Virus record (IMG/VR): IMGVR_UViG_3300020419_001132
DNA length: 64,000 nucleotides
Origin: a virus
Lineage: Duplodnaviria; Caudoviricetes
Direction: 5' to 3' (one strand)
Position 1 is the first letter of the stretch. Every line of letters begins with the position of its first letter. Positions 55,423 through 63,999 of the stretch are shown here, piece after piece. The notes under the pieces were generated by a model. That model saw only the letters and a program-made list of their open reading frames with translations. It had not been told where the DNA came from and did no database searches. The translations under genes were made by a program, and so were the position numbers.

Positions 55423-55694
55423 CTTGATGCCTTATTTAAAGCCTGCACCCTACGAGATGTAGGATTCATACGTTTTGTTCTCTTGGCTTTCCTAGCCATC
55501 CTGTTGCCTAGTCTAGCTTTGGTTTTCTTTAAAAGTATACGTTTCTTCACATCAGGTGCTTTGTAGCACTGAGCAGGTGTTGCAACCACACGCCCTTTTC
55601 TGTTGCCGGAAGAACATCTATACTTTCTAACAACCTTCTTGCCTGACTTTGCCCAGGCCATTCTTTCAGTTATGGCGAACTCACGTAATAGCAT
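55419..55694 (-). CDS. Highly basic putative core protein (paralog A)
   Basis: Start moved to MLLREFAITE; RKYRCSSGNRKGRV...AQCYKAP. Confidence 0.7.
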   Translation of the reverse strand: MLLREFAITERMAWAKSGKKVVRKYRCSSGNRKGRVVATPAQCYKAPDVKKRILLKKTKARLGNRMARKAKRTKRMNPTSRRVQALNKASR

Positions 55695-55699
55695 ACTCG

Positions 55700-55705
55700 T
55701 ATTTA
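55700..55705 (-). promoter_or_regulatory. Late promoter TAAATA, predicted leaderless start
   Basis: TAAATA-CGAGT-ATG(55694). Confidence 0.6.
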
Positions 55706-55707
55706 TG

Positions 55708-55944
55708 TTATTGTACGTTAATGAGGATAACAATGATAGTGGATAATAGACCTGCAACAACAGTTCCTGCGGCTCCAATCATTACTTTCATCATGGATTT
55801 ATTGCCGTGTACTATGTCATTATGAATATGTTCGACTTTTTCTTCAATCTTCGTGAGACGTGAATTCAAGTTCTCATACCTCTGTTGGCATAAGTCAACG
55901 TGTGCTTCTAAGTTTTCTCTTTCTAAATCAGTGGCACCTGCCAT
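55708..55944 (-). CDS. XhlA/holin-like coiled-coil plus TM protein
   Basis: Heptad repeat followed by one C-terminal TM. Confidence 0.55.
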   Translation of the reverse strand: MAGATDLERENLEAHVDLCQQRYENLNSRLTKIEEKVEHIHNDIVHGNKSMMKVMIGAAGTVVAGLLSTIIVILINVQ

Positions 55945-56050
55945 CTTTTATCTCCGTTCCTATGTCTCTTGGACGGGGCCTATGTTTTTATGCCTTGCAG
56001 ATGTAATATTTGCCGAAGTTCGTTGCCTATTCGTTACTATTCTATTTATT

Positions 56051-56485
56051 TCAAATAATGTCATTATTATCAGTAGAGTTAATATTTTCTTCGTCTATAA
56101 ATTTAAAAATAATGTTCTTTTCAACACTATCTTTCGTTCTAAAAGCATTATTGTTTATTAGAGCTGTTTCCTGTAGTCCTGTTACTACAGGTACAAGATC
56201 AAAGTCATCTATTAATGATTGCTGACTTATTCCACCCATGTATTCGTGTTCAAACTCAAATAGCCAGTATCTTTGCTTGTCGGTTATATTAGTTCCAAAC
56301 CCTAGGTTTGATACATCACCTGTCTTACTAGTACAACTTAAAGGAATAGGAAGTATCCTTAACCCTGCTGTTTGTAGCATAGCATTATGATTGGCTTGTT
56401 GGCCTCTATCTAATGTGTTTGACTGTCGATTTGCTTGTGTATTAGTCACATCAACGACGGTAATAATTTGTACCCGTTCTTTCAT
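56051..56485 (-). CDS. Hypothetical late protein
   Basis: 144 aa; TAAATA-GTTAC-ATG (box at 56491-96). Confidence 0.7.
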   Translation of the reverse strand: MKERVQIITVVDVTNTQANRQSNTLDRGQQANHNAMLQTAGLRILPIPLSCTSKTGDVSNLGFGTNITDKQRYWLFEFEHEYMGGISQQSLIDDFDLVPVVTGLQETALINNNAFRTKDSVEKNIIFKFIDEENINSTDNNDII

Positions 56486-56504
56486 GTAACTATTTAACGG
56501 TCAT

Positions 56505-56538
56505 AAAAAAAGGGCGAACAAAATATGAACGCCCTTTT
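56505..56538 (-). terminator. Rho-independent terminator
   Basis: AAAAGGGCG-loop-CGCCCTTTTTTT downstream of the 56564 gene. Confidence 0.8.
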
Positions 56539-56563
56539 CTCTCTCCAATTAGTTAGAAACTAA

Positions 56564-56917
56564 TTATGCTGTGTGTGGATACTGCTCGCTAAAGTCTGCA
56601 AGTAATGAACTTGTTACACCAGTTGAACCTGTTCCAAAGTTTGAACCTGCTGTAAAAGCGCCTGTACCTTGAATTACAACTTGTACGTCATCAGTTGTTC
56701 CACTAGTGAATACACCTGATTCAGTTAAACAACCAACACCTGCGATTGTGTGAGCATCGTTTGTGCCTGCTACATCGCCTGCCGCTAGATAAATTAACGC
56801 TGTGTTAAGTTCTGCCGCTGTCATGTTTGATTTTGCTAAGTTAATGATTCTAGTTCTTGGACCTAAACCATTGCTTGATCCGGCTACACCGCCGTTTCCT
56901 TGTGCTACTACTGCCAT
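56564..56917 (-). CDS. Putative abundant small virion protein (decoration-like)
   Basis: Ala/Gly/Thr-rich; TATAAATA (56975-82), 5' hairpin, strong SD and own terminator. Confidence 0.65.
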   Translation of the reverse strand: MAVVAQGNGGVAGSSNGLGPRTRIINLAKSNMTAAELNTALIYLAAGDVAGTNDAHTIAGVGCLTESGVFTSGTTDDVQVVIQGTGAFTAGSNFGTGSTGVTSSLLADFSEQYPHTA

Positions 56918-57031
56918 TTTCTTCTCCTTTTTCTCGTAAATGGACCATCACGCTCAGTGATGTTCTTATACTTTTATTTATATGATATAGGAAAATATAG
57001 CGATATACGCCGTTTTTCGCCCGATTTTTTA

Positions 57032-57901
57032 CTACCTGCGGGCTTTTTCTGCTCTATTATGAATAGCTTTTATCATATTGATATATGAAGGGCCTGCACG
57101 TACAATGTCGTCCATAAACTTAACAACAGGAGCATACGCCTTTACCATGTTGCTTGGAATAGGCTTTCCTTCTCTTACATGGTCAATAAAGCCTTTGATT
57201 AGTATCATGTTTTGTGGTTTAGCCAACAATCTGTAATAGATGTAACTTGGATCGGTGGTTGGTTGTATATCTGGCTTACTAATAGTTGGTTCAGGATCAA
57301 TAACCCTACTTGCTTCAAGATCTTTAATAGCAACTAGTGTTGAATAGTCGTCTATCAGGTCACTGTTACGGAGTTTAGCTCTCATAGCATAAAGTAATCT
57401 AGTAGCTAAGTTTCTTTTATCAAGACTGTTCAGTTTAGTATAATTTGATAAGGAACGTCTAATACCTCTATAATCGGTATTTTTAATATCTAAACCAGAT
57501 TCTAGCCTCATAAACATCTGTTGTATACTAGAAGGATTAAGTCCTTTGCTTACAGCAGAAAGATATCTTCTTACTTCTTCTACTGGAACTTGCAGTGAAG
57601 CCTGCATTCTTTTTGCCGCTTCTGGATCTTTCAGTTTCTGCAATGCATTATCATCACCTCTAAGAAAGTATAATAAGTTATATACATCTGTACCACTTAT
57701 TTTAAAGTCTTTGTAATTATGATGTATACTGCCTTTGCAGTATTTTTGAACAACAGGAGAAGCTGAGGGATAATTCCTCATCATTTCAATAGCCAAAATA
57801 CTTAGGTATAATCTTTCACAACAATCAGAATACGACATGTTTCGCTGATTCTGACTGTCTCTAGTCATTCTAGCTTCTGTTATTTCTTTTATAAAATCCA
57901 T
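57032..57901 (-). CDS. Putative head-internal protein
   Basis: MDFIKEITE N-terminus; helical 289 aa. Confidence 0.65.
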   Translation of the reverse strand: MDFIKEITEARMTRDSQNQRNMSYSDCCERLYLSILAIEMMRNYPSASPVVQKYCKGSIHHNYKDFKISGTDVYNLLYFLRGDDNALQKLKDPEAAKRMQASLQVPVEEVRRYLSAVSKGLNPSSIQQMFMRLESGLDIKNTDYRGIRRSLSNYTKLNSLDKRNLATRLLYAMRAKLRNSDLIDDYSTLVAIKDLEASRVIDPEPTISKPDIQPTTDPSYIYYRLLAKPQNMILIKGFIDHVREGKPIPSNMVKAYAPVVKFMDDIVRAGPSYINMIKAIHNRAEKARR

Positions 57902-58281
57902 TACATATATTTCATCATAAAGATTTGACCCATCTTGTGATAGTCCTTTTGATCCACAAAGTCATGCAATGTAGCACTCATTTGTAAGTCTTTGGTAAAC
58001 TTCATCTTTACGTTTGGTTTCATTCCTTCTGCTGATAACATCTGTCGTAAAACTCTTGCTTGTTGTGTAGAAACTTCAATTGTTTCGCCATCATCTGTTT
58101 TTACTGTTGATATAGGATTTGGATTACTTGAACTATCTAAGATCTTACCTAGTTGATCAAACATAGAATCATTTTTAAAGCCCTTGCCCACATCTTTATC
58201 ATCACGGTCAAGCTCGCTTCCGTGACTGTCCAGACCAAAGTCTGAAAAGTCAGCTTCATTCATTACATCTTTTAGTTTCAT
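57901..58281 (-). CDS. Putative head-internal protein
   Basis: MKLKDVMNE N-terminus. Confidence 0.65.
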   Translation of the reverse strand: MKLKDVMNEADFSDFGLDSHGSELDRDDKDVGKGFKNDSMFDQLGKILDSSSNPNPISTVKTDDGETIEVSTQQARVLRQMLSAEGMKPNVKMKFTKDLQMSATLHDFVDQKDYHKMGQIFMMKYM

Positions 58282-58290
58282 AACTGTTCC

Positions 58291-59430
58291 TTATCTTTGT
58301 ACGGCTCTATTAGCGGCAGTAAAGCCACCTTCGCCTCTATTTACTAGTTTCATGTCACCTTGTGGATGAGCTAAAACATATCCTTCACCACCTGGGTTGT
58401 CGCCTATACTTGCCTTAATGTCGGAGTCATGGTTATCAAATTGGTTGATTATATCATTTTTCACCTTTTGTATTCCAACAACTACTGCCCACAGAGCTTC
58501 AAAGCCTGCTTTGTGTTCTGCTATATATGTAATTATCCTTTCCTGCATTGGTTTGCTTACTTTGCTTGTACCTAACCAACTTGTAAAGTCTGATCCTAAA
58601 TTAGTTAATCCTGTGTCTACTTTTTGATTAACATAGTTATAAAGTATTTTACTAAAATCACTTAACTTTAATTGCACTAGAGCTTGTTTGTTTAACAAAT
58701 CATCCAGTGCTGAAGCATTTTTAGAAATTAAAATTTTCAAATTATCTATTTCACTGTCAATTACTTTTGGTGCTTTACTAACAGTTACTGGAGGAAAAAC
58801 TAAAACATCATTACCTTGAAAGAATGTATTGATATCTATATTAATAGGACTTTCGTTACCCTGTTCGTCTAGTTGCCTATGTATTACAATACCTGTTTGG
58901 CTTTGGCTAATCCGCTTTCCTATATCACTTGCAGTATTAACATAGTAAGTAACAATGTTAGGAGTAAAAACAAATTTGTTATCCTGTGTTGGCGGTGTGG
59001 AATAATACAACAAGTCTCCTTTAAAATAACCTACATGGTCTTTTGGTACTGCCTTTTCATATGTTGCAAACGCCTGTTTCATTTGGCCTGCAAATTCTAT
59101 GCGGTCCGGTTTATCTCTGTTTGCTCCACCACCACGATTGAGCAGGAATTGTTCAAGGTCATCTCCACTGGTTGCCCTTTCAACTCCTCCTTTTTTAACA
59201 AACCCTGATTTGTCTGTAAATACAAACTCTCCATTTTCATTGCGTCCAAAAATGATTGCGGGAGATCCATCCCATTTGATTGTAACATCTTTGTGTCCTC
59301 CCTGTTCTAGTTTCTTTAAACTTTCAACTGCTCTAACTGCACCACGAGAGCCTTCCCAGAACACAACATCTTCTGCATGATGTATCCGTGCTTCAGCTTC
59401 CTTTAATATTGAAAATTCGTAGAATCTCAT
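58291..59430 (-). CDS. DUF6267-like protein with polynucleotide-ligase/capping (covalent nucleotidyltransferase) motifs
   Basis: IKWDG (I), KGDLLY (III), FTPN (IIIa), EGYVL (IV), MKLVNR (V); MRFYEF N-terminus. Confidence 0.65.
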   Translation of the reverse strand: MRFYEFSILKEAEARIHHAEDVVFWEGSRGAVRAVESLKKLEQGGHKDVTIKWDGSPAIIFGRNENGEFVFTDKSGFVKKGGVERATSGDDLEQFLLNRGGGANRDKPDRIEFAGQMKQAFATYEKAVPKDHVGYFKGDLLYYSTPPTQDNKFVFTPNIVTYYVNTASDIGKRISQSQTGIVIHRQLDEQGNESPINIDINTFFQGNDVLVFPPVTVSKAPKVIDSEIDNLKILISKNASALDDLLNKQALVQLKLSDFSKILYNYVNQKVDTGLTNLGSDFTSWLGTSKVSKPMQERIITYIAEHKAGFEALWAVVVGIQKVKNDIINQFDNHDSDIKASIGDNPGGEGYVLAHPQGDMKLVNRGEGGFTAANRAVQR

Positions 59431-60194
59431 AACATTCTCGTACTATTTAAATTTAATCCTGCAAGTTCTTTGATTCTTCCTAGCTCATGGCTTTCTGGTA
59501 ACTCTAAGTTCATTTTTGCAAATGTATCTCTCGCCGCTTGTACAAGTTCATCGTAGTTTGGTAAAGTTTTTGCTTTTGTAACTATAGTTTCTACAGACTC
59601 TAGGTCGTCTAGTTGTGCTGTTGGTCCTAGAAGTTTCTTGGCAATTTCTGCTGGGATAGTACTAATCAATTCATTAGTTTCTCTATCAAGTAATCCTGCG
59701 TTGGCAGACCATTTCATTCCTTGGGCTGTTGCAATACTGGACATCATTATCTGTCTATGAGCACCACTGTAAGGAGAATCTCCACTTGCTCCACGTAAAC
59801 TCCATTTCATCCATTGCGGATCTCCAAACATCAAATCAGTTTGGACATAACCGTTTCCTTCATCTCCGTTAATAGGAGTTTTGAAATGCACACTTATGCC
59901 AGACTTTCTTATCCACATCTTAGGATCTTCATCTGGTTTGTTTTTTTGCACCCAGGCAATAAGCCTTTTGATCATATCTTCCTTGGTGACTTCGTTTTGA
60001 TTAACTGCTATGTCTAGGTCACCTGATGTATCTTTTCTTCCTGTGGTACCTAGTTTAAAATCTCTATGGGGTAGGTTAGTAATCTTTTCTAACCATGCAA
60101 GGGTGGTATCTACATCCTGTCTGTTGATACGTTGTGTAACAGGTTGCTTAGTTTCTGGATCCTTAAATATATTTCCACCTTCTTTAAGTATCAC
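59427..60194 (-). CDS. Pol-beta superfamily nucleotidyltransferase (PolX-like)
   Basis: LGTTGRKDTSGDLDIAV (D59/D61), QTDLM (D120), GAHRQIMMSSIATAQGMKWSANAGL thumb-like segment. Confidence 0.7.
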   Translation of the reverse strand: MILKEGGNIFKDPETKQPVTQRINRQDVDTTLAWLEKITNLPHRDFKLGTTGRKDTSGDLDIAVNQNEVTKEDMIKRLIAWVQKNKPDEDPKMWIRKSGISVHFKTPINGDEGNGYVQTDLMFGDPQWMKWSLRGASGDSPYSGAHRQIMMSSIATAQGMKWSANAGLLDRETNELISTIPAEIAKKLLGPTAQLDDLESVETIVTKAKTLPNYDELVQAARDTFAKMNLELPESHELGRIKELAGLNLNSTRML

Positions 60195-60195
60195 A

Positions 60196-60597
60196 CTATT
60201 CTCCTTTATCGTGCCTTAGCTTCAAACCTTCTTCAACCCATTTGAAACTTGCACCAAATCCTATAATACAAAATACATTATACGGGTCTTTGTGGAATTC
60301 CACAATAGTAAATGTACCCGTTTCTAAGTTTGCATATAATGCCCAAGGAAGAACAGCTGGACTTATTGACATGCCGTCAGCTTCATCTGGATCTCTGACT
60401 GTGGTAAGTTGATCTGCTACACTTATTAATACTTCGCCCTTCGATGCTATTGCTGAAAATGTTTCATCTTCTGGCGCACACATAACTGGTTTATTATTCC
60501 ATTCGCCTGCAAATGCAGGTACTACAAACAATGCTATAAACATAGCAAATAGTAATGCAGGATATATTAATCCGGTTGTATGTTTATCAAGTTTCAT
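60196..60597 (-). CDS. Exported hypothetical protein
   Basis: Signal peptide ending AFA; KPVMC motif. Confidence 0.65.
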   Translation of the reverse strand: MKLDKHTTGLIYPALLFAMFIALFVVPAFAGEWNNKPVMCAPEDETFSAIASKGEVLISVADQLTTVRDPDEADGMSISPAVLPWALYANLETGTFTIVEFHKDPYNVFCIIGFGASFKWVEEGLKLRHDKGE

Positions 60598-60860
60598 TTC
60601 TTTCCTCGTTTACTTTCTATTATTTTTTGGATACCTCGTCTAAATTTTTTAGGATCACCAGATCTAATACTGTTAAGAAATCTACGTTCCAGTTCTCCTG
60701 CCGTATCATTATCGTAATTTTTATGGATCATATTAATTAAGTTAATACTACTGTTAATAATGTTATTAGCAGTGGATTCAACTAGTAAATCAGCATTAGA
60801 CTCGTCTCGCACATGCAAGGAGTTTAATTCTTGTAGTATTGATCTCGTATTTTTTTTCAT
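60594..60860 (-). CDS. Hypothetical protein
   Basis: 88 aa; TAAATA plus SD upstream. Confidence 0.7.
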   Translation of the reverse strand: MKKNTRSILQELNSLHVRDESNADLLVESTANNIINSSINLINMIHKNYDNDTAGELERRFLNSIRSGDPKKFRRGIQKIIESKRGKK

Positions 60861-60925
60861 GGTTCTATCCTGTCTTTGTATTTAGTTAATAATAAATATA
60901 GATATAATATGTTGAAGGAGGGGTT

Positions 60926-61672
60926 ATGAGCATAGAATCATTAAGTTTTAAGGATAGGTCATTGTTATTTGCTTATCTTTCTAAGATAGCCTATTGTAAC
61001 AAACGAGATGCAACAAGTCAAGCAAAAAGTTATGGATTTAACACCGTTGAATTTTATGACAGAGATGGTGCTCAAGCATATAGATTTATGAATAAAACAG
61101 ATCTAGTAATTGCATGTCGGGGAACACAACCTACGGAGTGGAACGACATCAGTGCTGATTTAAAAGCAATACCCGTAATGGCAGAAACTGTAAGCAGAGT
61201 ACACAAAGGATTTAAAGAGGAAGTTGATGAACTTTGGCCCATGGTGTGTGAGGACATTAATCGTAAAACTAATATTAAAAAGGACTTATGGTTTTGTGGA
61301 CATAGTTTGGGTGCGGCAATGGCTACCATAATGGCAAGTAGAGCAAAGCATGATGCAGGATTAAATGATCCTGTAGAACTTTATACATACGGTTCACCTA
61401 GGGTTGGCTGGAAAAAATATGTGAATAGTTTAGATGTTACACATCATAGATGGAGAAACAATAACGATGTAGTTACCAAAGTTCCTCTTTGGATAATGGG
61501 TTACAGACATCATGGTGAGCTTCATTACATTACAAGCGACAACAAGATTGGTAAGCCTGGTTTTACAGATTGGTGCAAGGGCATGTGGGACGGTATAAAA
61601 CAAAGAAGATTTGATTCAATAGGCGACCACGACATAACTGCATATTACGATAATATTAATAAGGCTTTGTAA
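60926..61672 (+). CDS. Class 3 lipase (alpha/beta hydrolase)
   Basis: IACRGT, VHKGF, GHSLGAA, YTYGSPRVG, DVVTKVP, C-terminal DH. Confidence 0.9.
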   Translation: MSIESLSFKDRSLLFAYLSKIAYCNKRDATSQAKSYGFNTVEFYDRDGAQAYRFMNKTDLVIACRGTQPTEWNDISADLKAIPVMAETVSRVHKGFKEEVDELWPMVCEDINRKTNIKKDLWFCGHSLGAAMATIMASRAKHDAGLNDPVELYTYGSPRVGWKKYVNSLDVTHHRWRNNNDVVTKVPLWIMGYRHHGELHYITSDNKIGKPGFTDWCKGMWDGIKQRRFDSIGDHDITAYYDNINKAL

Positions 61673-61874
61673 CTGCCCGTTTGTATAAAATAAAATCTAT
61701 CAAAATCACATTGAACAACAAACCAATTGGTGTCAATGAAAATCCAAATAAAGATGGCAACACAAATAAAAAAAGAACTTGCATCATACAATACCTAAAA
61801 GGATCAATTGGCGACCATTCTGTGTAGCTTGGTGGAGGTCCTTTTTTCCTGTAATCTTCAAATTCAAAATTCAT
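61656..61874 (-). CDS. Small membrane protein
   Basis: 72 aa, two TMs. Confidence 0.55.
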   Translation of the reverse strand: MNFEFEDYRKKGPPPSYTEWSPIDPFRYCMMQVLFLFVLPSLFGFSLTPIGLLFNVILIDFILYKRAVTKPY

Positions 61875-62197
61875 TGTAAAACCCTAAACAAAACAAACAT
61901 GAGTGAACTAGTTATAGCAGAGCCTATCAACATCGCTGTCCAAAAACCATAAGCCGGTAAAGCATAAACAAAAATTGGAAAGAACAATAAACTTACCAAC
62001 ACAAAGTATATCGTTTGAATGCTTAATGTTTTAAATGTTTGCACATCCACTCCTGCATAATATAAGAACACAAATGATACAAAACTTGCTAACGGTATTC
62101 CTAATATAAAAGCACCTATGGTAGGATACCTTTCACTTACTGTGCTAACAGTAGCAATTATAATCCCACCAATTACTGCTTTTAAAATAAATTCCAT
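61871..62197 (-). CDS. DUF3147-like four-TM membrane protein
   Basis: KAVIGGIII...SERYPTIGAFILGIPL pattern. Confidence 0.7.
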   Translation of the reverse strand: MEFILKAVIGGIIIATVSTVSERYPTIGAFILGIPLASFVSFVFLYYAGVDVQTFKTLSIQTIYFVLVSLLFFPIFVYALPAYGFWTAMLIGSAITSSLMFVLFRVLQ

Positions 62198-63156
62198 TAT
62201 ATAAACAAACTGCTTACTGACTCTTCATTATGCACACGTCTTATTGCTTCACCGAATAGTTCTGATACAGATACTTGTCTTGTTTTTTTACAATTTTTAG
62301 GACAACGATTAGGAATACTATCTGTTACTACAAGTTCTTCTAGCACTGACTTTTCAACTTTTTGACAGGCATCGTCTGATAGTACACCATGTGTAATATA
62401 AGCCCTAACACTCAATGCACCTGCGTTTTTAATTGCTTGTGCGGCATTGCAAAGTGTGCCTCCACTATCAACAATATCATCTACCAGTATTGCATGTTTT
62501 CCGTCGACATCTCCAATTAGGTTCATTACTTCTGATTTGCCTGCAACTGGTCTACGTTTATCAACTATAGCTATGTCGCCTCTAAACATGTCTGCAAATT
62601 TCCTTGCACGGACAACTCCACCTGCGTCTGGAGAAACAAAAACTGTGCCAACCTGTTCTACATCAGGATCATCTAGTATACCGATAGTCCTTTTGATATC
62701 TTTTGCAAAGACCACCCTGCTGGTTAAATCGTCCACAGGAATGTCAAAGAAACCTTGTATTTGACCAGCATGAAGATCCATAGTTAGGATTCTATCTGCA
62801 CCAGATGTTGTAATAATGTTACTAACAAGTTTAGCCGTAATTGGTGTTCTACTTGCACTTTTTCTATCTTGTCTTGCATAACCGTAGTATGGTATGACTG
62901 CCGTGATTCTATCTGCACTAGATCTGCGAGCCGCATCTATCATTATCATCAACTCCATCAAACTGTCATTGACTGGTGTACAGGTAGATTGCACAATGAA
63001 AACATCTTGTCCTCTTATATTCTCTAAGAATTCGACACTGGTTTCACCGTCAGCAAAAGTACTAATGTTTGCAGGAACAAGTGTAGCAAAACAATGTTCT
63101 GCTATCTCTTGAGCTAACTTGGGGTTAGCATTACCTGAAATAATTTTCATACTCAA
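62197..63156 (-). CDS. prs: Ribose-phosphate pyrophosphokinase (class I)
   Basis: FADGE, PYYGYARQDRK, DLHAGQIQGFF, VSPDAGG, VDDIVDSGGT. Confidence 0.97.
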   Translation of the reverse strand: MSMKIISGNANPKLAQEIAEHCFATLVPANISTFADGETSVEFLENIRGQDVFIVQSTCTPVNDSLMELMIMIDAARRSSADRITAVIPYYGYARQDRKSASRTPITAKLVSNIITTSGADRILTMDLHAGQIQGFFDIPVDDLTSRVVFAKDIKRTIGILDDPDVEQVGTVFVSPDAGGVVRARKFADMFRGDIAIVDKRRPVAGKSEVMNLIGDVDGKHAILVDDIVDSGGTLCNAAQAIKNAGALSVRAYITHGVLSDDACQKVEKSVLEELVVTDSIPNRCPKNCKKTRQVSVSELFGEAIRRVHNEESVSSLFI

Positions 63157-63195
63157 TGTGAACCTTCCTTTTTGTGAATTTTATAAACTACTTAT

Positions 63196-63224
63196 ATAAT
63201 ACTATCATCGTATAGTTTTGTCAA
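63196..63224 (-). promoter_or_regulatory. Sigma70-type promoter for prs
   Basis: TTGACA-17-TATTAT. Confidence 0.7.
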
Positions 63225-63231
63225 GAAAATG

Positions 63232-63999
63232 TTATCCAAAGTCACCTGACACATAGGCTTTGGTTTTACGATGGTTTGGATTATTAAATATTTTTTTAGT
63301 AGCACCCTTTTCAATAATCTCACCTAGATGAAAGTATGCAGTTGTATCTGAAATACGTTTTGCTTGGTGCATGTTGTGGGTAACTATGACAATAGTATAG
63401 TTCTTTTTCAGTTCAAGTATTAGTTCCTCAATGGCATTGGTTGATATAGGATCAAGTGCTGAACATGGCTCGTCCAACAATAGTATCTGTGGATCAACTG
63501 CAATGCTACGAGCAAAGCATAATCTCTGTTGTTGACCTCCGCTTAATGCAAATGCATTGTCGTACAGTCTGTCTTTGACTTCCTTCCAAAGGTTTGCTTT
63601 TGTAAGGCTTTCTTCTACGATAGCATCTAGTTGTTCTTTTGTTTCTGCCATACGATGTAGTCTTGGACCATAAGCAATGTTTTCATAAATGCTTTTAGGA
63701 AATGGATTAGGCTTTTGAAACACCATACCAACTGATTTACGCAGGTTGTTTACGTTAGTATATTGTGTACGATAAATGTCTGTACCATCAATGTCTACTG
63801 ATCCTTTCGTAACACAATCATCAATAAAGTCGTTCATTCTATTTAGAGCTCTAAGAAAAGTACTCTTGCCACAGCCACTTGGCCCAATAAGAGCAGTAAC
63901 ATTGTTCTTGCGGATCTGTAAATCATTGTCAATAATAGCATGATGATCATCATACCATATGTTTAAACCTCGTACATTTATTTTTGCACTAGAGTCTAG
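63232..63999 (-). CDS. pstB: Phosphate ABC transporter ATPase, 5' truncated at the right window edge
   Basis: Frame open to the window end: GPSGCGKST Walker [37 protein letters not shown]. Confidence 0.95.
   Translation of the reverse strand, partial: LDSSAKINVRGLNIWYDDHHAIIDNDLQIRKNNVTALIGPSGCGKSTFLRALNRMNDFIDDCVTKGSVDIDGTDIYRTQYTNVNNLRKSVGMVFQKPNPFPKSIYENIAYGPRLHRMAETKEQLDAIVEESLTKANLWKEVKDRLYDNAFALSGGQQQRLCFARSIAVDPQILLLDEPCSALDPISTNAIEELILELKKNYTIVIVTHNMHQAKRISDTTAYFHLGEIIEKGATKKIFNNPNHRKTKAYVSGDFG

Noticed and set aside
62197-63156. prs as the Adps component of the NARP1 NAD+ reconstitution pathway
   Set aside because: It looks like a canonical class I PRPP synthetase and no Namat/Nampt gene is adjacent.
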